Part shown: positions 40,679 through 49,712 of the stretch, one piece after another
Position numbering within the stretch: the stretch's first letter is position 1
How the letters are laid out: every line of letters begins with the position of its first letter
Source: Longimicrobiales bacterium
GTDB taxonomy: Bacteria > Gemmatimonadota > Gemmatimonadetes > Longimicrobiales > Gaopeijiaceae
Assembly: GCA_965219445.1 (NCBI GenBank)
Contig: CBDCNQ010000004.1
Location: forward strand, 320,001-384,000
DNA length: 64,000 nucleotides
Direction: 5' to 3'
Notes under the pieces: generated by a model
The model's database searches: none
What the model saw: only the letters and a program-made list of their open reading frames with translations
What the model was told of the DNA's origin: nothing
Position numbers and translations under genes: made by a program

Positions 40679-41810
40679 ATGAGAGTCCTTCACCTTCTGG
40701 CCCCGGCGCAAGTCGGAGGACTCGAGCGCGTCGTCCAGGGCCTTGCCGATGGGTTCTGCCGCCGGGGGCACTCGGTGACCGTTGGGGCGGTTGCTGCGGG
40801 GGACGACCCGTTGTCACCGTTCCTCGAGCCATTGATCAAAAGAGGAGTAAAAGTCCGCCGGATTCATGTGCCACACCGCGCTTACGTGCGAGAGCGTCGC
40901 CGAATGGCGGAAATATGCCGCCAAGTAAACCCGGACGTGCTGCATAACGCATGGATATCGGCCCGACCTCCTCGCCAGGGGTCCGGCAAAGAGGCAGGGG
41001 ATCGCGACCGTCACCACTGTACACGGCTTTACCGGAAACGGATGGAAGAACCGCTTCTACGAGGCTCTGCAAGTTCAGGCCTTCAAGAAATTTGACGCGG
41101 TTGTGGCCGTCTCAGAGCCCATCCGGAAAGGATTGGTCAAAGCCGGGGTCCTCAAGAGCCGAGCCTGGATGATCCGGAATGCCCCGGTTTGTTTGGAGGC
41201 ATCTTTGACCCGCACGGAGGCTCGACGGGCTCTTGGCCTCCCCGAGGAAGGGCCGATCGTAGGATGGGTGGGGCGCCTGAGCCCCGAGAAGGGCCCGGAT
41301 GTCCTACTTAGGGCCGTGACCCTGATTGGCCGGCCCCAGGTACGCCTCTCCTACCTCGGAGACGGTTCCTCACGGGTAGCTCTCGAGGCACAGGAAAGAG
41401 AGATAGTGGCCCACGGATCAGTGGATTATGATCGAGTTCGCTTCCACGGCAATGTCGCGAACGCGGGCCGCCTGCTAAAGGCTTTCGATGTCTTGGTATT
41501 GAGCTCCCGGAGCGAGGGTACACCTATGATCCTTTTCGAAGCCATGGATGCTGAGGTGCCGGTGGTCGCCACTCGGGTTGGCGGGGTGCCGGATGTGGTG
41601 ACCGAACAAGAGGCGATTCTGGTTCCATCGGAGGATGCTGAGGCGTTGGCCCACGGTATTCGGCAAGTGCTCCACAACCCCACGGACGCTAGTCAACGGG
41701 CGCAGGGAGCTCGACTTGTACTCCGACAGAAGTTCGCCCCAGAGCGTTGGCTGGATGCGTACGAGGACCTCTACCGTGCTGTAATGGCAGGTAGGAGAGG
41801 CCTTGGCTGA
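40679..41810 (+). CDS. GT4 glycosyltransferase, frameshift near 40947
   Basis: 'GGLERVV', 'LHTHGY' restored by removing one A, 'VGRLSPEKG', 'SSRSEGTP..LFEAM', 'ATRVGGVPD'. Confidence 0.85.
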
Positions 41811-41891
41811 TCGTATGCCACCTCCAGATAGCGGATTGGCTCCACTCCCCTATGCGGAGGGATCGTCATGCGCAGAGTTCCCTAGGACCGC

Positions 41892-41918
41892 GCCTGGATG
41901 ATCCGGAATGCCCCGGTT
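41892..41918 (+). repeat. 27-bp exact direct repeat of 41163-41189
   Basis: GCCTGGATGATCCGGAATGCCCCGGTT occurs inside the GT4 gene and again in the downstream intergenic region. Confidence 0.9.
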
Positions 41919-42074
41919 AGCTTGGGATCTGAACCGAGAGGAGTTCGGGAGATATTGGGTCACGGATCCGATGCCGTGTTGTCTTGCTCAGAGATGGCTC
42001 CGCGGCGGATGGCCCTCGAAACCCAGAAACCCGAGATGGAGGACTGTAATCGCAAGTAGCCGAGGGCCGCACTG

Positions 42075-43247
42075 ATGGGAGACCTGGGGATCGTTCTCCT
42101 CGGCGTTGGGGCAGGGCTATTCGCCTACACTTACGTCCTCTATCCGGGGCTCCTGAGAGTCTTGGGTACCGGCAAGGCACGCCTTGGCCCCCTTGTGGAC
42201 TCTGACGATTGGCCGACCCTGAGCATCTCGCTTCCCGCCTACAACGAGGAGCACCAGATCGCAGAGACACTCGAGAGCCTGTTGTCTCTGAATTATCCAA
42301 GAGACCGTATACAAATCTTGGTGGTTTCGGATGCTTCCACGGACAAAACAGACGATATCGTGCGGGCATACGGGGACCGTGGAGTGGAACTCCTCCGTCT
42401 CCCGGAGCGTCGAGGAAAAGGGGCCGCGGAGACGGCCGCAACGCCACACCTCACGGGTGAGATCGTTGTCAATACGGACGCATCGATCCGCATCGTCCCC
42501 GACGCGTTGAAGCCCCTGATCCGACAGTTCTCCGACCGTGAAGTGGGCTTGGCATCCGGTCGGGATATCAGCGTGGCCCCAGGCGTGGAAAACGCGAACA
42601 AGGGTGAGTCGAAATATGTGGGATACGAAATGGCGATCCGTAACCTGGAAACTCGGGTGGGGAGTATCGTAGGAGCTTCCGGGTGCTTCTATGCTATCCG
42701 GCACCATCTACATCGGTCACCGTTGCCCGTCCCTTTGAGTCGGGACTTCGCCGCTGCTCTTCTCTGCCGCGAGCGGGGTTATCGTGCCGTCTCGGTCCCT
42801 GAGGCGATCTGCTTTGTGCCGAGGGCTGCGTCACTAAGCCAGGAGTACCGTCGCAAGGTACGGACCATCACGCGTGGCCTGTGGACGCTGCTCCACAAGC
42901 GGAGCCTGATGAACCCATTCCGGTACGGGCTGTTCGCGTGGATGCTCTTCAGCCACAAAGTGTGCCGGTGGCTTGTGCCTTGGGCGGGTGTGACCGCCCT
43001 GGTCGGACTCGCTCTGATGACTCCCAGCATACCCTGGGCCCGCCTAGGCCTTCTGGTTGCGGGCGCCGGCCTCTTGTTGGGATCTGTCGGTTGGCTGGCG
43101 TCAGACCGGCGAAATCTTCCCTGGATTCTCGAATTTCCCGCCTTCGGCCTCATCGGAAATGTAGCCGCGATGCACGCGGTGCTACGGGTGATGAGGGGAG
43201 AAACGTACGCGCTGTGGGATCCGACGCGGAGAGCTTCGGTTCTCTAG
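42075..43247 (+). CDS. GT2 glycosyltransferase
   Basis: 'PAYNEE', 'VSDASTDKT', 'TDA', 'GASGCFYAIR', 'RRKVR'. Confidence 0.9.
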   Translation: MGDLGIVLLGVGAGLFAYTYVLYPGLLRVLGTGKARLGPLVDSDDWPTLSISLPAYNEEHQIAETLESLLSLNYPRDRIQILVVSDASTDKTDDIVRAYGDRGVELLRLPERRGKGAAETAATPHLTGEIVVNTDASIRIVPDALKPLIRQFSDREVGLASGRDISVAPGVENANKGESKYVGYEMAIRNLETRVGSIVGASGCFYAIRHHLHRSPLPVPLSRDFAAALLCRERGYRAVSVPEAICFVPRAASLSQEYRRKVRTITRGLWTLLHKRSLMNPFRYGLFAWMLFSHKVCRWLVPWAGVTALVGLALMTPSIPWARLGLLVAGAGLLLGSVGWLASDRRNLPWILEFPAFGLIGNVAAMHAVLRVMRGETYALWDPTRRASVL

Positions 43248-44002
43248 ATCGCACCCCGCTTCATGACAACTACAGGGAGTGTCCGTGCCATGATCTCGAG
43301 ATCCAGAAGGGGGGAGCGGTTGCGGATGTACTCCAGGTCCAGATCTGCCTTCCTCCGCACATCGTCGATCGAGCGATCGTAATGGTGGCATACCTGGGCG
43401 AGCCCGGTGATTCCCGGAAGGACCTGCTGCCGGCCGGAAAGGTGGCGGACCTCACCGCGGAGTCGGACGAAAATATCCGGCTGTTCCGGACGCGGACCGA
43501 CCAGGTTCATGTCTCCGGTCAGCACGTTCCAGAACTGAGGGAGCTCATCAAGCCGATACTTCCGGAGGAACTTACCGACTCGCGTGATCCGCGCGTCGCC
43601 CTCCTCGGCCCAAACCTGGGAGGAGTCAGAGTCCGCTTGGACCATCGACCGGAACTTGTAGATGGTGAAGATCCGACCCCCATAGTCCTGGCTTCGGCGC
43701 GCCTCCTCCCGTCGGCTACGTAGTCCGCGCCGGTCCAGACCTACACGCGGCTGCATGAACAGGACCGGTCCTCGGGAGGTCAGCTTCACCACTACCGCAA
43801 CGGCCAGCATCAAGGGCGATAACACAGGTAGGACGACTAACGCTGCCAGCACGTTGAGAGCTCTGCACATGCCCTGGTTGAGGGCCGATCTCCCTTTCAG
43901 AGTCCGAGGTCGAACGAACTCCGGCTCCCGATAGTATAGCCTGAGACCATTCGGCAGGATGTCAACGCCCGTCGAAGCGCTCGTTTGAGTCTCTACCTGC
44001 AC
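43244..44002 (-). CDS. Priming polyprenyl-phosphate sugar transferase (WcaJ/WbaP C-terminal type)
   Basis: 'IYKFRSM', 'RITRVGKFLRKYRLDELPQFWNVL.GDM.LVGPRPE', 'PGITGLAQV'. Confidence 0.92.
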   Translation of the reverse strand: MQVETQTSASTGVDILPNGLRLYYREPEFVRPRTLKGRSALNQGMCRALNVLAALVVLPVLSPLMLAVAVVVKLTSRGPVLFMQPRVGLDRRGLRSRREEARRSQDYGGRIFTIYKFRSMVQADSDSSQVWAEEGDARITRVGKFLRKYRLDELPQFWNVLTGDMNLVGPRPEQPDIFVRLRGEVRHLSGRQQVLPGITGLAQVCHHYDRSIDDVRRKADLDLEYIRNRSPLLDLEIMARTLPVVVMKRGAI

Positions 44003-44101
44003 CTAGCCTCTGTGCTCCACTCGAGGTCTCTGCCTGCAATCCGCTTAAGACGGCGAGATGCAAGATGCGTTCACAGATCGTGGCCCTACTTCACGATTAC
44101 C

Positions 44102-44842
44102 TTAAACCCTATGACAGCAATTATTTACGTGACTGGACATTCGATCCAACGGGGAGTGCGTGCGGACCGACGTGTCGTGAAGAGAAAAGGCGACTGCCTC
44201 ATCGTACTGACGGGAGGCCTCCTCTTGGGCAATAGTCATCAGGTCGTTGGAGACTCCTGCTAACCCCAACGCAGCAGAATAGATGAGGCCAAGCTGGCTT
44301 TTTTGCAGCTCGGTGAGACTTCCGCTCTGCCCATTCCGCAACGCCTCGGCAAGGAAAAGGATCGAGGTGAGAGGCGACCGCAGATCGTGAGCCACTTCAG
44401 CCACGAGTCGAAATGCGTTGGTTTCCGGCATTAGGGGCTCGAAGCCCTCGATGGCCGGTGCTTCGGCGAGGAGATCTATCGAGTGCAGCAATGCGAGAAC
44501 TCGATCCTGGTCGACGATTGGGTCCTCACGGTGCCATTGCTCGAGGAGACTCCTCCGAATCGCCGCAAGCAGGCGTACGTCGGTGTGCTCCAACGTCTCT
44601 TGCCCTTCACCATCCTCATACAGGACTCGGCCATCGCCGACCCGGTCCAGACGTATTGCGATGCGCATCAGTGCGTGGTCTATGGAGGATTCGCCGTCGG
44701 ACCCATTGGTCCAGTGGGGAGCCCACTCGGCAGATACCTCCCGAAGCGCCGTCTGGAGAGCGGGGCAGAACACCGCGGCAAACGGGTCGCTCGACCGGCG
44801 CTCGTCGACCGGATTCAGACCGGATGCGTCTGCGAGCATCAA
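44102..44842 (-). pseudogene. Truncated sensor histidine kinase (HisKA only)
   Basis: H-box 'EVAHDLRSPLTSI'; no N/G boxes, HATPase domain absent. Confidence 0.75.
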
Positions 44843-45463
44843 TCCGGCTCCGGCAGTAGGGTGGTGCGGTGGGTTCCGTGCTTCTCCATGAGTCGATAGA
44901 GCGTCGTCCGGTCTACACCCGCATGCCGAGCCGCGTTGGAGATGTTTCCACCCGCCTGCTTGACAGCGTGCTCCAGATACGCCCGCTCGAAATCCGCCAG
45001 AATCAACTCACGGGCCTCATGGTAGCCCTTGTTCAGGTGGGACGACATGGGAGCGAATGCAGCTTCGGGCGAGACACCCTCACCCTCGAAGAAGGGGATC
45101 TCGTCGGGTCCGAGTTGTTGCCCGGGAGGTCGCAGCACTGAGATGCATTCGATGATGTTTCGCAGTTCTCTCACGTTGCCGAGCCAGGGACGGGCACGTA
45201 GTGACGCGAGGCCTTCGGGCGTAAAGATAGGGCGATCGAGTTCCTTCCCACGGTGTCGAATCCAGAACTCATCCAGAAAGGATTCGGCCAACGTCTCGAT
45301 GTCGTCTGGGCGCTCCCTGAGTGGCGGTATGTGAATCGGGAAGACCCGGAGCCGGTAATACAGATCTCCCCGCAGGCGCTTTTCTTTGAGCGCCTCAGTG
45401 GCGTCTTCGTTCGTGGACGAGATGAATCGTACTTGAGGTTGGGTCAATAGGTGTGTAAATGTT

Positions 45464-46708
45464 TCAGGCGGCGTTTTTCCGCTGTTGGGTTGAGACGGGC
45501 TTTCCGTCTTCGAACTTTCTTCCTTCAAATACGTCCTTGAGGAGGTGAGGAGCGTCGAGCCTTCTGAAGCGCTTCTCCGCCACCAAGAGCAGCTTCCAGA
45601 TCAGCGCCGTAGCGCTCTCGACCCGCTTGAAGCGCTTCGCCGCCGTTGTCCTGAGCCGTACTGCGGCAAAGGGGCTCTCGACCACGTTCGTCGTGCGTAG
45701 ATGCTTCCAGTGGTCCTCGGGGAAGTCGTAGAACGCCACCATCCGCTCCCAGTCGTCCTCGAGTACATCCACCGCCTTCGGATACCACGGTCTGTAGCGC
45801 CTGGCGAACGCCTCACGGGCCTTCAGCGCCTCGGACCGCCTCGGTGCGTAGACCACGGTCCTGAGAAGGTCCTTCGCCTCGCTCTGCTCCCGCTGAGGCA
45901 GCCGGTCCAGCACGTTCCTCATCTTGTGGTTCCAGCACCGTTGCTCGCCCGCCTCAGGCCATACCTGCCGTACTGCGCCCCAGATCGCCGCGTTGCCGTC
46001 CGCCATCAAAAGCCGGGGCGCCTCGATGCCGCGTGCCTTCAGATCCCGCAACACCTCGGACCAGGACTCGACCGACTCTCGGTAGCCCGATCTCAGGGCC
46101 AACACCTCCTTCGTACCATCTCGCATCGCACCGAGAACCACCAGCAGCGCTGCCTTGTCCCGCTCGAGCCCCGCCTTCACGTAGATCCCGTCCGCCCAGA
46201 CGTAGACGACCTCACGGTCGGCCAGCGAGCGCTTCGACCATTCCTCGAATTTCCTTGTCCATCCCGCCCGCAGCCGCCAAATCGAAGACTTCGACAACGG
46301 GGCCCCCTCGCCCAGCAGGCCCCGCATCGCCAGCTCGAAGTCTCCCTCCGCCAGCCCGTGCAGATACAGCTCCGGAAGCAGAGCACCCACCTCCTTCGTC
46401 CGTCGTGCGAACAACGGCAACACCCGACTCTCGAACCGCTCCTCAATGCCTCGAACCCGGGGCCGTCGGAGCATGATCGTGCCCGAGCTCATCGCCAGCC
46501 GCCGAGCCTTGCCGTAGCCGTTGCGGTAGCCTGGCGCCGGGTCTACGACCGTCTTCCGCTCCGACTTCTCCCGGCCGAGCAACTCCGTCACTTCCTCCTC
46601 CAGAATCCGCTGGACCATCTCCTGGGCCTTCTCACGAACCAGCGCTTCCAAGCACTCCCACGTCGGCGTGCTGGACTCACTCTCGGGTCCCACCATATTC
46701 TTCCTCAC
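45464..46708 (-). CDS. IS256-family transposase
   Basis: Protein identical to 8502-9746. Confidence 0.95.
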   Translation of the reverse strand: MRKNMVGPESESSTPTWECLEALVREKAQEMVQRILEEEVTELLGREKSERKTVVDPAPGYRNGYGKARRLAMSSGTIMLRRPRVRGIEERFESRVLPLFARRTKEVGALLPELYLHGLAEGDFELAMRGLLGEGAPLSKSSIWRLRAGWTRKFEEWSKRSLADREVVYVWADGIYVKAGLERDKAALLVVLGAMRDGTKEVLALRSGYRESVESWSEVLRDLKARGIEAPRLLMADGNAAIWGAVRQVWPEAGEQRCWNHKMRNVLDRLPQREQSEAKDLLRTVVYAPRRSEALKAREAFARRYRPWYPKAVDVLEDDWERMVAFYDFPEDHWKHLRTTNVVESPFAAVRLRTTAAKRFKRVESATALIWKLLLVAEKRFRRLDAPHLLKDVFEGRKFEDGKPVSTQQRKNAA

Positions 46709-46981
46709 GAGGCATCGTTCCTTTCCCCCGGGCGCTCACCCGGGATTCGCTGGTTAACTTCTTACTACCTAGCGGAAAGGTACGTCGCCTCTTTTTTTAC
46801 ACACCCTTCTATGGGGCTGGCGGTCAAGACGCACCTTCCCCACGCGCCGTCGGCTCATTTTTTGACCGTCGGCGTCCGCATGGTTTGGATTGCCCGGTCG
46901 ACGACTCAGGGTGGGGAGGGGTGCGCTCGCAGGGTCCGCATCGCAGTCCGGAAGACGTTCACAGCCGTCGCGTTCTCCGCT

Positions 46982-47116
46982 CTGGAGCGGGAACCATCCT
47001 TCTATCTGGGACTCTGTGGCCCATCGCTTCGTTCGGCTCTCCAGGGGTGCATAGCCTTTGAGTGGGGGCTTGGGCTCTCTGCCCCGGCCCACGGTGTGTA
47101 TGGATGCTGTCCCCTG
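46982..47116 (-). ncRNA. Putative bridge/seek RNA core, copy 2
   Basis: Same guides (47093-47100, 47055-47061) and stems as 8093-8228. Confidence 0.8.
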
Positions 47117-47193
47117 TAACCGGTTCGCTTCCGTTTCGTCGGACCCCATGTTGTGACCGCTTTCGACCCCACGCTCGCCGATCCCAGGCCGGT

Positions 47194-48249
47194 TTACTCC
47201 GTCGCTTCCAGTCTCTTGGGGTCGTACGCTTCGCCCGTGCGCCACACCGCTAGCACGATCGAGGCGAGCTGACGCGCGATCGTCAGCTTCGCCAGATTCG
47301 GCTTCGTGCCCCCCTCCAGGAGTCGCTCGTAGTGGCGGTACAAGGGTTCGTTTTCGGCCCGACCGATCACCGTCGTCGCCGCGCCCTTGAACACACGCTT
47401 CAGCGTGTGGTTGAAGTTCCGATTCAGCCCCCGCGTCTGCTGTACCGGTTCCCTTACCCACCGCCCACCCGGACCCCGCACCCAGTCCGACGAGCTCCGC
47501 ATCACGACGCCCAGTCCGCAGTACGCCCAGAACCTGCTCCGGCTCTGGAACCGGTACGGCGTCACCACCACCGGCAGGAGCTCCGCCGTCCGGATCGGAC
47601 CCAGACCCGGGCACGTCTTCAGCACATGCCACTCTCGATGCTTGCGTGCTTCCGCCAGCAAGGCCTTCTCGGCCTTCGCCCTCAATGCCACGAGTGCGTC
47701 GTGCTCCTCGTACAGCAACCCGGCCGTCGTCCTGCTCGCTTCCGGCAGCTTGGCCAACCACTCCTCCCGGTCGCGCTTTAAGTAGACCGAGCGCCCCGCG
47801 CCGTAGGCCACTCCTCTCGAGCGCAGCACGCTCTTGAGCCGGTTCTTCACCCGCACCGTGTCGCCGACCAGGAAGTCGTAGCTCTTCGCCCGTTCCCCCA
47901 GCCGCCTGAACTGGCCCCGGTTCTTGTAGACCCTCGTCTCCAGTGATCCGATCCGCAGCTTCTCCGCCAGGGCAAACGCGTCCAGCTTGTCGGTCTTCGG
48001 GCCCCGGCTCTTGCCGACCCCCGCCACCGTTAGCTCCTCCACGTGCGGCTCCAGCACCTCGTACAGCCACCCCGACAGCGTCCCTTCTTCCAGGCACAAG
48101 TGCCGGTTCCTCGGAATCCCTCGCAGCACCTCGATCAGCGCCCGCGCGTTCGTCTCCACCACCTGCGAGCCCAAGCGCTTGCCGCTGGGGCCTACAATCC
48201 CCAGCGTGCAGCTCGACGCGTGTGCGTCGAGTCCGATATATCTCTCCAT
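47194..48249 (-). CDS. IS110 DEDD transposase/recombinase (intact, 351 aa)
   Basis: DEDD and Ser motifs; GAGGAG RBS before ATG 48249. Confidence 0.93.
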   Translation of the reverse strand: MERYIGLDAHASSCTLGIVGPSGKRLGSQVVETNARALIEVLRGIPRNRHLCLEEGTLSGWLYEVLEPHVEELTVAGVGKSRGPKTDKLDAFALAEKLRIGSLETRVYKNRGQFRRLGERAKSYDFLVGDTVRVKNRLKSVLRSRGVAYGAGRSVYLKRDREEWLAKLPEASRTTAGLLYEEHDALVALRAKAEKALLAEARKHREWHVLKTCPGLGPIRTAELLPVVVTPYRFQSRSRFWAYCGLGVVMRSSSDWVRGPGGRWVREPVQQTRGLNRNFNHTLKRVFKGAATTVIGRAENEPLYRHYERLLEGGTKPNLAKLTIARQLASIVLAVWRTGEAYDPKRLEATE

Positions 48250-49712
48250 CGGCGTTCTCCTCTTGGATAGGTGGGTTGCTTCCTTGCGCGAACAATGATG
48301 AACGCGCACCCGCTCCCGGAGGAGAACGCCTCTTCGTCTTCGGGCTGCTTCGCTGCTGATCGGTACCGGTAGCCGTCGCCATGCCCCTATGATGCCTTTG
48401 ATCCTAGCTCTCGTACTTCGGCCAGGACGTCAGTGTCGGTGCTCCCCACACGGCGGATAACCCCATCTTGGATGACCCTGAGAAGCTTGGCCTGAGTGGG
48501 CATCGGCATCTGGGTGAGCTCATCCAGGAAAAGGGTCCCGCCGCTGGCTATCTCCATCAGACCCTTCTTGTCGCTCACCGCGCCCGTGAATGAGCCAGCG
48601 ACGTGTCCGAACATCTCCGACTCCACCAGATTGTCGGGGACGGCGGCACAGTTGATCGACACCATCGACCGACTGCTTCTCCGGCTGTTCTGGTGGATGA
48701 ATTGCGCGATCAACTCTTTGCCCGTGCCGCTCTCGCCGCTGAGGAACACAGTGGCATTCGTACGTGCGACGCTCCTGGCCATGTCGACAACCCGCCCAAG
48801 AGCAGCCGATTGACCAAGAATAGGGATCTCCGCGCCGTATCCCAATCCGGTCTCGTGGCTCTGGTACTGCTTGTCGCTCTCTCTCGACACGACGATCGCG
48901 TGCGCGGCCCGCCCCATGAGAATGTGGAGATGGGTAGCCGAAAAGGGCTTCGGGATATAGTCCCAAGCCCCCAGACGAAGGGCCTCGAGGCTGGTCTCCA
49001 CCGACGGCTTCCCGGTCATCATGACGACCAAGCACTCTTCGTCCTTCTCCACCGCAGCGTTCAGGAGATCCATTCCCGAGACGTCTCGCATGTAGAGGTC
49101 GAGCAGAACGATCTCAAAATGACGACGACGAATGAAGTCGAGAGCCTCCTCTCCGCCCGCCGTTACTGGAAACCCTTCGGCACGAAGCAAGGACGCACAA
49201 CTCTCGCGGAGGCTGTGGTCGTCGTCGACCACGAGTACGGGCATGGTCGATTTTACGTCGGTCTCGACGATCGTCGGGGGCCTCTCGCTGCCAGGCGTCC
49301 CTGTGGCTTCGGACGTCTTCAAGCTCGCCGGTCCCTCAGGTAGATGCCGCGGTTACAGTTGCGGAGACACGGATTCATACTCGATCCTCATTTGGGGCCT
49401 CGCCATTCAGGGGCAGTAAACATACGTTGCTGGAGGTACGCCGCAACGCACCTGTGGACTTCATGCAACGGTTCGTGTGTGGAGGTGCCATGAATCAAGC
49501 GGGGGGTAGGAGCCGAATCCCCAGTGTTTGCAAGTGTTTGCAAGAGTTTCGGTGAGTTCTTATTCTCCCGGAACATGTCGGTATCGGTCGTGCTGTGCTT
49601 CGGCTCTCGAGGGCTCACACGGCCATTCTGGGACAATCGATTCGTTGAGTAAATATGAACAAATGTTTGAGTGGAAGTAAACAAAAAGACGTGTTGGGAC
49701 GATGAGGACACC

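Larger units (their letters stand above)
46805..48394 (-). mobile_element. IS110-family (IS1111-type layout) element copy 2
   Basis: Same junctions in the IS256 IRL (TACACAC-CC-TTCTA and TATGATG-CC-TTTGA on +); 1590 bp vs 1596 bp for copy 1. Confidence 0.9.
45435..48410 (-). mobile_element. IS256-family element copy 2 with nested IS110, flanked by 8-bp TSD
   Basis: TCGTACTT at 45427-45434 and 48411-48418; same ends as copy 1. Confidence 0.95.
44839..49322 (-). pseudogene. sigma54-dependent response regulator (REC-AAA+-Fis) interrupted by the IS256/IS110 insertion
   Basis: 48411-49322: REC, GESGTGKE, GSFTGA, LFLDE; 44839-45434: 'GDLYYRL..IPPLRER', 'WLGNVREL', Fis HTH; removing the element and one TSD restores frame '..AEVR/FISSTN'. 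Confidence 0.93.

Noticed and set aside
46769..48382. Long alternative-frame and antisense ORFs in the IS elements (537, 472, 453, 397 aa)
   Set aside because: Shadow ORFs typical of GC-rich DNA; no motifs, and lengths differ between copies
6794..48410. A 41-kb composite transposon bounded by the two inverted IS256 copies
   Set aside because: Copy 2 has its own matched TSD within one gene and the outer flanks do not share a duplication
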